IMG/VR virus record: IMGVR_UViG_3300040971_000351
Span: 1 to 46,469 of that record
From: a virus
Lineage: Duplodnaviria > Caudoviricetes
Length of the DNA: 46,469 nt
Strand: one strand, 5' to 3'
Shown: in pieces, positions 25,250 to 35,321 of the stretch
Numbering within the stretch: position 1 is the stretch's first letter
Layout of the letters: each line of letters starts with the position of its first letter
Program-made: the position numbers and the translations under genes
Notes under the pieces: model-generated
The model's input: only the letters and a program-made list of their open reading frames with translations
The model's database searches: none
What the model was told of the DNA's origin: nothing

Positions 25250-28200
25250 ATGGCGGACCAAAAGCATAGCGTCGAGTGGACACTGAAGGTCGGGACCGCG
25301 GGCGGCCCGGAAGTGGCCGCGCTGAAAGCCGAACTGGAAAAGCTCGGGCGCATCGATGCTTTCGCAAAGCTGAAGAAGCAGACAGAGGAGTCGGAAAAGG
25401 CATGGCAGGCAGCGACCTCGCGCGTCGCCACCATGGCCAATGAGCTCAAGTCGGCCGAAAAACCTACCAAGAAGATGGCCCAGGATTTCGAACGGGCAAA
25501 GATTCAGGCTGGGCGACTCAAAGATCAATTCGAGCAACAGCGCCTCAGTCTTCACAAACTTCGCGGGGAACTCGGCCAGGCCGGCGTCAATACGACAAAG
25601 CTGGCGTCTGCGCAGCAGACGACATTGGTGCGAGTGGCCGCTCTTAAAGCATCGCTGCAGGCCAGCAACGTCGAGATGGCCAGGACAAAGGATGCTGCAG
25701 GGACGGCAACTGCAGGACTTGGCATACTCAGGAGCGGGATCGGAGGTGTCCAGTCCGTCCTGGCTGGATTGATGCGCTTTGCCCCGGGCGGGATCGCAGG
25801 AATTCTGGCCGGGGTAACTGGCGGCGCAGTTGCCGGCAAGGCGATGGAGTATGCGAAGATCTCCGCCGAATATGATACCATGGGCGTGGCCATGTATGTC
25901 ATTGGTCGGAACGCAGGTTACACGCGCAAGGAATTGGACGAAGTTGAGAAGAGCCTGCGCAAGTCCGGCATCTCCATGCAGGAGAGCCGAAAAAATATCG
26001 CCAAGCTCGTATCCGCAAAGATTGATTTGAGCAAAGCGACGACGTTGGCGCGTATCGCCCAAGATGCGGCCATCCCTGCCCAGCTTAACAGCTCAGAGGC
26101 TTTTGGGCACTTGGTTGACGGCATCCAGTCGGCACAAGTCGAGATGCTCAGAACTCTCGGGATCAATGTGAGTTTTGAGCAAAGCTACCGCGACATGGCA
26201 AAAGAGCTGGACAAGAGCGCTACAGAGCTGACTGAAGCAGAAAAAATGCAAGCTCGACTTAGCGTTGTCATCAAAGCCGCGACCGGTATTGCTGGGACCT
26301 ACGAAGAGAGCTTGGGCACGGTTGGCAAAAAAATTTCGTCACTCGCCAGACTCGAGGAAGACGCAAAGACTAAAATAGGTTCGCTCTTCACCCCAGTTTT
26401 GGCGGCACGCGTTGATTTGTACACGTTGGCCTTGCAAAAGCTCAACGCGCAAATGGACAAGATTCTTTCGTCGTCTGAGCAAGGCGTGAAGAGGTCTCCT
26501 CTCTTTTCGGATGGCGCGGCAGCGACGGGCCCGCTGGGTGCGACGATCGTGGGGCTCTTCAAGCTGCGTGAGCACATCACGGAGCGGAAGACCCTGGAAA
26601 AAGAAGCCCTTGAAAAGCAGATGGCCGATGAGATGGCTGCAAAAAAGGCCATGGCCGAATCCGAGCGGGCCTACGCCGCTCAGGTTCGGGCAATCCAGTC
26701 CGAGCTGTCCAAGTTTCGCGACACGGAATGGGACAAGATCGAGAAGGACATCAAGGCCCACATCAAGGATTTGATTTCCGAGGAGGAGCGCTACGCCGAT
26801 CGGGTCAAGACCTTGGACGAAAAACGCAGGATGGCCAATCTCTCCACCGAGGAGAAGATACGGTCCATGTTGCGCGGCACCATGACCGAGTATCAGGCTT
26901 ACAGAGACAAACAGGCCGAGGCCCACGAGAGCCTGTCCAAAGCCAGGCAGGCCCTCATTGCTGGCGACGGTGGAGGGGCCGAGTTCTGGGCGAAAAAAGC
27001 TCAGGATCAATTTGCGGACCTGAATGATGAGGTGCGGGATGGAGAGCGGGTCATTATCAGCCGAGCTCAAGCCCAGGCCACGGCCATTCAGGGCGTGCGC
27101 GAGGCCGGGCAAGCGCTGAATAATTCGCTTCTGGAGCAGCGCCGTGCGGAAGATGCCGGACACAATGCGCGCATGCAGCAGATTGGTGAGGCCAAGACCG
27201 CCCTGCAAAACCTCAAGACCGTGCAGGAGAACATCGGAGACATCGAGACTCTCCTGACCGTCAAGGATGGCGCGACGCCGACGCTGGAAAACGTCCAGAA
27301 GGCGGCGGAAAAACTGACCGAGATCAAGATGCAGATCGGCGCTATCGACGGCGTCACGTCCGTGGTGCAGTCCGCGCAGTCCTCGCTGGACTCTTTGCCG
27401 GAATCAACCACGGTGATCGTGTCCGCGCAGGATAACGCTACCGGCCCGGTCCGCCTCATCGAGGCCGAGACGGGCAGGCTGCTGACCAACAAGACCATGC
27501 AGGTCAACGCGCAGGACAACGCCACGGGCCCGGTCCGCCTCATCGAGACCGAGACCGGTCTGCTGCTCACCAACAAGAGCATGGATGTCAGCGCCCAGGA
27601 CAAGGCCACAGAGCAGGTCCGGATCATCGAGGCGGAAACCGGCAAGCTCATCACCAACAAGGTCATGGACGTCGAGGTCAGGGGCAACGCCACGGAAGAA
27701 ATCGACGAGGTCATCGACAAGGTCGAGGATGTCCCGGCGGCGAAGTCCACGACAGTGACTGCCAACGACAGGGCGTCCGCAGTGCTGGAGCGCATAAAGA
27801 GCGACCTCGCGCAGATCCGGGACAAAACCGTGACGGTCACCGTCCGCTACAGGCGCGTCGGCAGCTCTGACGGCCTGGCGAGTGGCGGCCTGGTGCCCGG
27901 CTATGCCTTCGGCGGACGTCTCCCTGGGTACTCTTTGCGGGATAACCTCCTCGGCCTGATTGGAGGCAAGCAACCCATTGGTCTCGCCGGCGGGGAGGAC
28001 GTGACAAACGCCCGATCGTCTCGCGTTATCTACAATGCCGTACCCTGGCTCATGCCGCACCTGAACAGGGTGCGCACTACGGCTGACCTCTCGCGTATCA
28101 TCGCCAAGCTGCAGACCCTACCCATGCGCGGCTATGCCGAAGGCGGCCGCGTGGTGGAAGAGTTTCGAGCAACCTTTGGAATCGGGGGTAAACAGGCCAG

Positions 28201-28291
28201 CATGACAACAAGATCGCGATCCGAGTTCGAAGGGGCTAAGGCCCTCGCCCGCGAACTCGGTAAACTCCAACTCGTTAAAGGGGGGCAGTAG
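25250..28291 (+). CDS. Tail tape measure protein
   Basis: 1013 aa, Ala/Glu/Lys-rich helical protein, C-terminal G[LY]AxGG motifs, expected position. Confidence 0.9.
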   Translation: MADQKHSVEWTLKVGTAGGPEVAALKAELEKLGRIDAFAKLKKQTEESEKAWQAATSRVATMANELKSAEKPTKKMAQDFERAKIQAGRLKDQFEQQRLSLHKLRGELGQAGVNTTKLASAQQTTLVRVAALKASLQASNVEMARTKDAAGTATAGLGILRSGIGGVQSVLAGLMRFAPGGIAGILAGVTGGAVAGKAMEYAKISAEYDTMGVAMYVIGRNAGYTRKELDEVEKSLRKSGISMQESRKNIAKLVSAKIDLSKATTLARIAQDAAIPAQLNSSEAFGHLVDGIQSAQVEMLRTLGINVSFEQSYRDMAKELDKSATELTEAEKMQARLSVVIKAATGIAGTYEESLGTVGKKISSLARLEEDAKTKIGSLFTPVLAARVDLYTLALQKLNAQMDKILSSSEQGVKRSPLFSDGAAATGPLGATIVGLFKLREHITERKTLEKEALEKQMADEMAAKKAMAESERAYAAQVRAIQSELSKFRDTEWDKIEKDIKAHIKDLISEEERYADRVKTLDEKRRMANLSTEEKIRSMLRGTMTEYQAYRDKQAEAHESLSKARQALIAGDGGGAEFWAKKAQDQFADLNDEVRDGERVIISRAQAQATAIQGVREAGQALNNSLLEQRRAEDAGHNARMQQIGEAKTALQNLKTVQENIGDIETLLTVKDGATPTLENVQKAAEKLTEIKMQIGAIDGVTSVVQSAQSSLDSLPESTTVIVSAQDNATGPVRLIEAETGRLLTNKTMQVNAQDNATGPVRLIETETGLLLTNKSMDVSAQDKATEQVRIIEAETGKLITNKVMDVEVRGNATEEIDEVIDKVEDVPAAKSTTVTANDRASAVLERIKSDLAQIRDKTVTVTVRYRRVGSSDGLASGGLVPGYAFGGRLPGYSLRDNLLGLIGGKQPIGLAGGEDVTNARSSRVIYNAVPWLMPHLNRVRTTADLSRIIAKLQTLPMRGYAEGGRVVEEFRATFGIGGKQASMTTRSRSEFEGAKALARELGKLQLVKGGQ

Positions 28292-28292
28292 C

Positions 28293-28793
28293 ATGTCAGA
28301 CAGCAAAGTCGCGCTCTACAGCACAGACATAGCCCCAACCCTTGAGCCATGGGCTGAGACATGGGACCCGCCGCCGGCGCTGCTGATACGGTGGGACTGG
28401 GACCTTGACGCGGAAAACTATCGCAGGCCTCGCAAGGTCCGTCGCGGCTCCGTAATGCGTACCGGAGGCGGCAACCACGTGCAGGATATGGGCGTTGTGA
28501 TCAGCGATGGGCGCATAACGGCGTCTGGAGACGTACCCACAGGGACGTGGATATACCAGACCACCGCTGACGCGATTCAGGCCGCCTATGAAGACATCCT
28601 GACTGAGTATTACTTTACCGACGGGCACAAGGTGTGGCGAGTACGGTTCCTGCCGGGAGAAGAGAACGCGCCAGACATGCCCATGGACCTCGCCTGGTAC
28701 TATTCCGAAGGTGAGGAAATTTGTGCGTGGTCCATAACCTTGATGGTCTTGGAAGAGATGACGCCCGTTGACCCGCCGGAGGTGACTCCCTGA
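28293..28793 (+). CDS. Putative distal tail protein
   Basis: Immediately follows the tape measure gene, 166 aa. Confidence 0.55.
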   Translation: MSDSKVALYSTDIAPTLEPWAETWDPPPALLIRWDWDLDAENYRRPRKVRRGSVMRTGGGNHVQDMGVVISDGRITASGDVPTGTWIYQTTADAIQAAYEDILTEYYFTDGHKVWRVRFLPGEENAPDMPMDLAWYYSEGEEICAWSITLMVLEEMTPVDPPEVTP

Positions 28794-31700
28794 TGTGGAG
28801 CGTAAGCATAGGCGGCGTAGACATCACGGCCAAGGTCTCGCAAGTCTCGGTTACGTTTGCAGCCGGGAACACTGCCGGCGAGTGCACCGTGGACCTGGCC
28901 GACCGCGACGTCCTCGACGGCATCGTCCTGCCACGCGTCCCGCGTGAGCCGCTCATCGTCGTGGACAAGGGCGACGGCTCCGCGGTCATGAAATTTTATT
29001 TGGAGTCGCAGGACTATCCCCCGGCCCTGAACGCCAGAACCGCCTCGATCTGGGGCAGGTCGGAATCTGCCCGCCTCTACCTCCCATGGGCCCAGAAGAT
29101 CAGCAAGCAGTGGCAGGCCGCCACGACCATCGACGCCATCGTCCAGGAGCTCGCCGCGCTCTGCGGCGTGCCCGTGACAGTGACCAACGACTACGCGATC
29201 TGCGCTTACTGCTACGCCGTCAGTGACCAATACCCGAGCGAGATCCTGCAGGACCTGGCGACAAGATCTGGTCAGATCCTCTGGCCGCAACCGGACGGGT
29301 CGCTCGTGATCGCGCCCAGGCTCTACACCTACGGCACGCCAGACGCGACGCTGGCGGCGGCAGACATCAAAGTCGAGAGCGTGCAGCGCGACGTCCCCGA
29401 TTTCGGCAACCGCATCCTGGTCAGCGGCGATGTGTCGGTGGCCGGAATCTCCATCCAGGTGGTCACGCTTTATGACGAGGACCAGTGCGTGGCCGCCGAC
29501 GGAGAGTCCCAGGTGCGGCTCGTGGCCGTGGTGCTCGGTGTCGACGGCGCGCCGGTCGCCAACGGGACCGTCGTCGAGTGGTCCTGCAGCGCCGGGCGGA
29601 TGATCGAGGCCACGAGCGAGGTCGGCTCGACCATGGTCGTCGGCGAGCAGAAGCGAGCCACCAGCTACACGACCGTGACCCTTGATCTGCCGGCGTCGTC
29701 CGTTGTCGGCGTCTATGCCTACGGCGACGTGCGCCGGGCCACGAACCTGTACACCCTGCTGGGCGGATCGGTCAGCGGCCGCGAGATCACCTTCAGCGCG
29801 GCGCTCAAGTATTTCGACCAGGCCCTGGTGATCGACTACATCGTGACCGGCGCCGAGGCCACATGGGAGGCCGGATGGAGGCCGGGCGACGTCACTGTCT
29901 GGGCGGCCGTGGCCGGGGCCCAGGGCGCGGCCACGATCCACCAGAGCAACCCGTTCGCGTGTGCATCATCCATCGTCCTCGAAGCGTCGCCGTCGAGTCC
30001 ATGTCTGGGCGACGTCGTCGCGATCCTGGCCAAGGTCACGATGTTCGGTGGCCCGGGCATCGGTCCGATCGCGGCCCGCCTCGAAGGCTGCGGATCCATG
30101 ACGAGCACCCGCAAGACGCTGGGCACAAACCCGATCACCGAAACGCTGCGCACCACGCAATGGGGCGGCATGTCCCAGGTGCGCCTGTCGGCCATCCCTG
30201 CCCAGGGGACCAGCCCCAGTGTGGTCCTGGCCGAGACGCCCGCCGGCAACCTGTACCTGTCCCATGACCGCCAGACGGTGATCCTCTCGCAGCAGCTCCT
30301 GCCCGGCACCCAGGTCGTCGTGACCTACCAGGCGGCAGGCACGGCCATCCTCGGCTGGCGGTCCGCATCCGTGCCGTCTGGGCACGAGTCGATCGCCGAG
30401 ACCCTGGCCGTCGCGCACGCCGAGGTCGAGGGCGTGACGGTCGCCCAGGTGACGCTGACCAGGACGCCGATCGCGGCGCCGATCTGCATCCCGGACATGA
30501 AGATCACCGATTTTTACTCCGCCCATGCCGCGAAGGTGGTCACCTTGCAGCAGGACAGCGGTGTTGTCCTGCCCGTCGGGACACAGGTCGCATGCACGTA
30601 TCAGTCGCCATGGCTGACCCAGCCTGGCTGCTCCGGCATCGTCACGGTCACGGTCCAGGACGGCAGCCAGGACGGCGGCACGGCCGCGATCACGGTCACG
30701 GCCCGCGACTGCCGGGAGGTGGTCGACCCGGAAGATTACGACCCGGAAGATCCGGACCAGATCCCAGACGAATCGACGGGCCCGTCCGAGACCGGGGACA
30801 ACGACCCGACATCGTGGCTGGAGCCAGAGGAGGAACAGGTCACGCCGACCGGCTGCGGCAAGGAGTCGATCAATAGAAGGACGCCGGTCATCACGAGCCA
30901 GAACTATGCCGAGGTGTTCGGCGTGCCGAGCGTCGAGAACTGCGACGAAAACGGGCAAGGTGTCTGCACCTGCGACGAGATCTGCACGGCGCTGCGCGCC
31001 ACGGGTCGGCTCTCGGTCGAGGGCAATATGACGTATTCGACCTGCATACAGGCTTGCCAGCAGACGCGGGAAGCCAAGTGCGGAGGATGCACGTTGTCCG
31101 GCCCGTCGACGTTGGCGCCTGGGGCAGAGGGTACATGGACGGATGGCAAGACGAACTCCGGCGAGTGGAAGGGAGGGCCTGTCACGCTTGTCGAGCGCAA
31201 GTTCGACACCGGTTACAAGGCAAAAATGCCGCTCGGCGGCGCGGGCCCATTCGTGCTCCAGGTTTGTTATGGGGATGACGCTCGGGCCTGCTGCGAGACG
31301 ACTGTCGATTTTCCGCCGTGCTCGTTGTCAGGTCCGGGCGAACTCGCCCCCGGGGCAGAGGGCAAATACAAACCCTCGCTCGGGATGGCTGGCGCAACTC
31401 CTGTCACGACCCGCATGACCGTTATCCGGGCCACCGATCAGGATTTTGTGGCAAAACTCGATCATGGCGCCTGTGACGGGTCAATCTCCGTCAATTACGG
31501 AGGGATGCAATGCGGATCGAAAAATGTCGAGTCCACACTATCCGGAGAGATTGGCGTTGTATCCGGCCCGTCAGTGCTCGGGCAAGGCGAGCAGGCATAT
31601 TTTGCAGTCGGGTTTGCGAGCGCCGACCTCGCAGGACTAACATATACCGGGACGCTTGAACTTGTCAGTCAAAGCGCAGGCGGTGCGATTTTGCGCATGC

Positions 31701-32053
31701 CCGCAGGCGCAAGCAACGGCTCAGCATATACCGCGTCATGGACGGCGAGTTGTGGCAGGTACGCCGGTATGACAGTCACGGCCACGCCGGATTGCGCGAC
31801 TATACCGGAGAAGGGATGCGGCGAGCCTGGCGCAGGGCACATATTCCGATTTGGCGGAGTTTGTTACCGGTACACAACAATCGCAAGCATGACATCATCG
31901 TTGACATCTCTGTCTACTGCGCAAAATGCGTGCCCTGCGATTACTGAGCACGGCCCGTCGTTTTGGAATGTCGCGGTTGTTTTCAGCGGCCCGTCAGGCA
32001 TAGGCGAGTTTAGGAACTACACACTCACAACGTGGAACTACGAGGCTGTATGA
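28793..32053 (+). CDS. Tail tip/hub protein with Ig-like and Cys-rich domains
   Basis: Hub-like N-terminus, Big_1-like ADGESQVRLVAVV...GAPVANGTVVEW, repeated xLSGPxxLxPGxEG units, many Cys. Confidence 0.7.
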   Translation: MWSVSIGGVDITAKVSQVSVTFAAGNTAGECTVDLADRDVLDGIVLPRVPREPLIVVDKGDGSAVMKFYLESQDYPPALNARTASIWGRSESARLYLPWAQKISKQWQAATTIDAIVQELAALCGVPVTVTNDYAICAYCYAVSDQYPSEILQDLATRSGQILWPQPDGSLVIAPRLYTYGTPDATLAAADIKVESVQRDVPDFGNRILVSGDVSVAGISIQVVTLYDEDQCVAADGESQVRLVAVVLGVDGAPVANGTVVEWSCSAGRMIEATSEVGSTMVVGEQKRATSYTTVTLDLPASSVVGVYAYGDVRRATNLYTLLGGSVSGREITFSAALKYFDQALVIDYIVTGAEATWEAGWRPGDVTVWAAVAGAQGAATIHQSNPFACASSIVLEASPSSPCLGDVVAILAKVTMFGGPGIGPIAARLEGCGSMTSTRKTLGTNPITETLRTTQWGGMSQVRLSAIPAQGTSPSVVLAETPAGNLYLSHDRQTVILSQQLLPGTQVVVTYQAAGTAILGWRSASVPSGHESIAETLAVAHAEVEGVTVAQVTLTRTPIAAPICIPDMKITDFYSAHAAKVVTLQQDSGVVLPVGTQVACTYQSPWLTQPGCSGIVTVTVQDGSQDGGTAAITVTARDCREVVDPEDYDPEDPDQIPDESTGPSETGDNDPTSWLEPEEEQVTPTGCGKESINRRTPVITSQNYAEVFGVPSVENCDENGQGVCTCDEICTALRATGRLSVEGNMTYSTCIQACQQTREAKCGGCTLSGPSTLAPGAEGTWTDGKTNSGEWKGGPVTLVERKFDTGYKAKMPLGGAGPFVLQVCYGDDARACCETTVDFPPCSLSGPGELAPGAEGKYKPSLGMAGATPVTTRMTVIRATDQDFVAKLDHGACDGSISVNYGGMQCGSKNVESTLSGEIGVVSGPSVLGQGEQAYFAVGFASADLAGLTYTGTLELVSQSAGGAILRMPAGASNGSAYTASWTASCGRYAGMTVTATPDCATIPEKGCGEPGAGHIFRFGGVCYRYTTIASMTSSLTSLSTAQNACPAITEHGPSFWNVAVVFSGPSGIGEFRNYTLTTWNYEAV

Positions 32054-32526
32054 TAGACATCGCCATCGCGACCCGTCTTGGGACATATCCACCAGATGCA
32101 GTCAGGGCTGCAATCAGGATTTGGGCAACGCGCCACGCCTACGAATCCAAAACATCCGCTGCCGTGCTCGAATCGTCTGGATGGGAGCGCGTCGATGCGG
32201 CACCTGGGACGCAGCTCACCCAGGACGGCAGGCCGGTCATCTGGGCGCACGGCCAGGCATGGGCGATGACCAGGGAGGCATGGGGATCGTCGATGCAAAA
32301 AGCCCAGGCCGAGGCCGCAGCCAAGCGCCCTGCGCAACCGAAGCCTGTGCGCGAAGGCATCGCCGCCGCCACGTGCCCGCAAATGTCAGGAGGTCGACCC
32401 TGCGGCGGGACGCTCAACCGCTCCCCTGTCTGCCCGTCGTGCGTGACCGGCCGCATGGGCTACCGCTACCGCTACACGTGCGAGATTTGCGGCTGTGACA
32501 TCGTGACGCGCGAGGAACTGCGATGA
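32050..32526 (+). CDS. Hypothetical protein with C-terminal Zn-binding motifs
   Basis: ATGA coupling. CPQ...CGG...CPSC...CEICGC. Confidence 0.65.
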   Translation: MIDIAIATRLGTYPPDAVRAAIRIWATRHAYESKTSAAVLESSGWERVDAAPGTQLTQDGRPVIWAHGQAWAMTREAWGSSMQKAQAEAAAKRPAQPKPVREGIAAATCPQMSGGRPCGGTLNRSPVCPSCVTGRMGYRYRYTCEICGCDIVTREELR

Positions 32527-34553
32527 TCCGCGCCATACGCCCCAATGCAATGGCTCAGGACGACGCGAGCATGGTTGCCGGCTGGAACGTCGCGCCGAAT
32601 CTGGCATATGCCCTGCGCCTGCTTCCGTCGTCTGTGTCGTGCGGAGTGTTCTTGTATTCCGACGACGGGACAACGCTGATTGCATCCGGCGCGGCGTTGG
32701 CCGGGACCGAACAGCCGTGCATCCTCATCCCGCAGGCCGGGCAGACGGTTGACATGGTGGACGCCGACCTTGGTTGGCATCTCCTATTGACGACCACCGG
32801 CACGGAGTCGCAGCGCACGATCCGTCTCGGCCATGCGGTAGATCTACCTGACGAGATACATCCCGTGTATGGGGTTGATGATCTGGCCGTGGTGCGTGCG
32901 GCTGCGGCGATCAATGCGGCGGCACACTACATCGACGACGTAACAGTCACATGCCCGCTTGGACTCGGGGCTGACCTCGGTGGCGTCGTATCTGTGCCAG
33001 TGGATGGCGTCGCAGTAATCGGGCAGGTCGAAGGCGTAACGTGGACCGGGACGCCGGATGGGACGAGCGAGCAAGCCGTGATCCGACGGCATATTGCGAT
33101 CGCGCCGGAGGCTTTTGTGGAGATCGTGCCGCCGACGGTTGCGGACGATGCCGGCGCAGCAACGCATCTGGTCGGGACAAGCGGCAACGTGCTGGCCAAC
33201 GATGAGTCGGGACTCACCGTGGTGGCCGTCAACGGACTGTCCAGCAACGTCGGCACGGCGGTGGACGGCGACAACGGCGGGACGTTTGCGATTGCCGCCG
33301 ACGGATCGTGGACGTTTGCCCCTGATGGGGATTTTGCATTGCTCTCCGGCTCCGAGACAGCCGACACATCCATCACCTATCACGCCAGCGACGGCTCGTC
33401 CGAGGCCATGGCGACCCTGACCGTCACCGTGAGCCACGCCAACGCCGCGCCGGTTGCAGTCAACGACACGGGCACGACGGACGCGGCGACGACGACGTCA
33501 GGCAACGTCCTGACCAACGACACGGATGCGGATGCGGACAGCCTCACAGTCTCGCAGGTCGCCGGGTCTGCGGCCAATGTCGGCGTGGCCGTGGCTGGAT
33601 CAAATGGCGGTCTGTTTACGGTTGCGGCATCTGGCGTGTGGACGTTTGACCCTGACGGCGATTTTGCGGCGCTGACCGGCACGCAGACTGCGACGACGAG
33701 CGCTACATATCATGTGTCGGATGGCGTGGCCGAGGACGAGGGGACGCTGACCGTTACGGTAAGCGCGGCCAGTGCGGCGCTTTGGACGCCTGCGATGATC
33801 TCCGGTGCGGTCTGGGTGGATGCGGACACTGTGACGCTATCCGGGTCCGCCGTCACCGCGATGACCGACAAGATCGGCGGCACGATCCAGGCCGCGCAGG
33901 GCACGTCGTCTGCACGACCGGCGCTGGTTGCAGGTGCTTTGGGCGGTCAGGATGTCATACAGTTTGACGGTGGCGACTTCCTATCTTTCGGGACTACGCT
34001 CGGCAAGCCGTCGAATTGGACCGTTTTTGTGCTCGGCATGTTCGCGAGCATGGGAAGCAAGACGAATATGTGCGGGTCCGGGAATTCGGGCGGCAACAGC
34101 GTGACATACTGGGGCGACATAGGCATTGGCCGGACTGCAAATGACGGCAAAATTGAATATACTTTTAGCGACGGGACGAATTACAGTTTTGGGCGGTCAA
34201 CGAATACGGTCGTATCTGCTGGTAGCTGGTTTATGTGTTGCCGTCGATACACCAGCGGGCAAAGCGTTGTTGCTGACCGTGTAAATGGGGTTGCTGCGGC
34301 AGTTACGAAAGAGGCTGGCACGGCAACGTCCTGCGGCGGGACTGCGTTTCAGTATTCACTGGGCCGGAGTGGCGAATGGAATGGGCAATATGCAACAAAC
34401 GGCTCCCGACTCAAGGGTTTTGTCTGCGCTCCTTCCGCAATTTCCGATGCGGACGCTGCCAGGCTTGAAGGCTACTATGCCCACCTGTGCGGATTAACGT
34501 CGCTGCTCCCATCTGGCCACCCGTACAAATCATCCCCGCCATACGTGGAGTAA
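32523..34553 (+). CDS. Tail fibre/receptor-binding protein with two VCBS/cadherin-like Ig repeats and a LamG-like C-terminus
   Basis: Two P.A.DD...SGNVL.ND...GG.F...ADG.WTF.PDGDF..L...TYH.SDG...TLTVTV repeats. C-terminal LWTPA...VWVDAD...ARP...IQFDG...RLEGYYAH...LPSGHPYK domain. Confidence 0.75.
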   Translation: MIRAIRPNAMAQDDASMVAGWNVAPNLAYALRLLPSSVSCGVFLYSDDGTTLIASGAALAGTEQPCILIPQAGQTVDMVDADLGWHLLLTTTGTESQRTIRLGHAVDLPDEIHPVYGVDDLAVVRAAAAINAAAHYIDDVTVTCPLGLGADLGGVVSVPVDGVAVIGQVEGVTWTGTPDGTSEQAVIRRHIAIAPEAFVEIVPPTVADDAGAATHLVGTSGNVLANDESGLTVVAVNGLSSNVGTAVDGDNGGTFAIAADGSWTFAPDGDFALLSGSETADTSITYHASDGSSEAMATLTVTVSHANAAPVAVNDTGTTDAATTTSGNVLTNDTDADADSLTVSQVAGSAANVGVAVAGSNGGLFTVAASGVWTFDPDGDFAALTGTQTATTSATYHVSDGVAEDEGTLTVTVSAASAALWTPAMISGAVWVDADTVTLSGSAVTAMTDKIGGTIQAAQGTSSARPALVAGALGGQDVIQFDGGDFLSFGTTLGKPSNWTVFVLGMFASMGSKTNMCGSGNSGGNSVTYWGDIGIGRTANDGKIEYTFSDGTNYSFGRSTNTVVSAGSWFMCCRRYTSGQSVVADRVNGVAAAVTKEAGTATSCGGTAFQYSLGRSGEWNGQYATNGSRLKGFVCAPSAISDADAARLEGYYAHLCGLTSLLPSGHPYKSSPPYVE

Positions 34554-34556
34554 CGT

Positions 34557-34811
34557 ATGCCCATCACCCCCTCGTCCATCCTCCCCAGCCGTCCCGTCCC
34601 GGAGATCGCAACCGGCCCCGTCGTCGCGGTCGGCGTCGGCTCGGTCTCTATCCGCATCAAACCCGACCTGGTCGTGGCCGTAGCCACTGACCGCGCTCTC
34701 GCCGTCGGTCAGATGGTCACGTTCGCAGCCCCGGGTGGACAGTGGAGCTCGGCCCAGATCATAGGGGGCGCAGTTGGAAGCGCGCCCAGGATCCGGCAGG
34801 TGGTTGTTTAG
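34557..34811 (+). CDS. Hypothetical protein (end of tail operon)
   Basis: GGAG Shine-Dalgarno, 84 aa. Confidence 0.6.
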   Translation: MPITPSSILPSRPVPEIATGPVVAVGVGSVSIRIKPDLVVAVATDRALAVGQMVTFAAPGGQWSSAQIIGGAVGSAPRIRQVVV

Positions 34812-35299
34812 AGTTTCGGCGGTGGAGACCCGGCTGGGTTTGGGCGTGCGCGTTCCTTCTTGAGTTCGCGCCGCAGCCGGCGGACCTCGTTTTCGTACCT
34901 GGTGCGCTCTGCCGGCGTGTTGAAGCCGGTCTTCTCGCGCCAGGCGTGCCGCCTGTGGCCACCAGGGGCTGGGCCGTCGTTGTATTTGTCACGCGGCGCA
35001 ACCGTCTGGCACGGCGCTGGCTTGCCCTGCAAGAGCTCATCGCGGGTATACCGCTTCTGCTTTGGCTTCATGTTGGCGATGCGTGCCGTCGCTTCCTGTG
35101 CCTCGCGCGCGGACTCGCGGTAATACTTGTCCTGCGCCTCCCTGGTGGCACGCTCTTCTTCCGTCTCCGTGCTATTCATGTACTGGCCGCCTGGTCCGAA
35201 CATCTTAAAGGCCGCCGCTGGGCCGGAGATGGTGGCCAGGATCGTGACGAGGAGGATGATGCGGATCAAGGGTTGCCCATTCGCGTCAAGTTTCCTCAC
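34808..35299 (-). CDS. Putative exported protein (moron)
   Basis: GGAGG 7 nt before the GTG start. Signal-peptide-like LIRIILLVTILATISGPAAA. Confidence 0.65.
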   Translation of the reverse strand: MRKLDANGQPLIRIILLVTILATISGPAAAFKMFGPGGQYMNSTETEEERATREAQDKYYRESAREAQEATARIANMKPKQKRYTRDELLQGKPAPCQTVAPRDKYNDGPAPGGHRRHAWREKTGFNTPAERTRYENEVRRLRRELKKERARPNPAGSPPPKL

Positions 35300-35321
35300 C
35301 GTCACACCTCCTACCGCAGCT

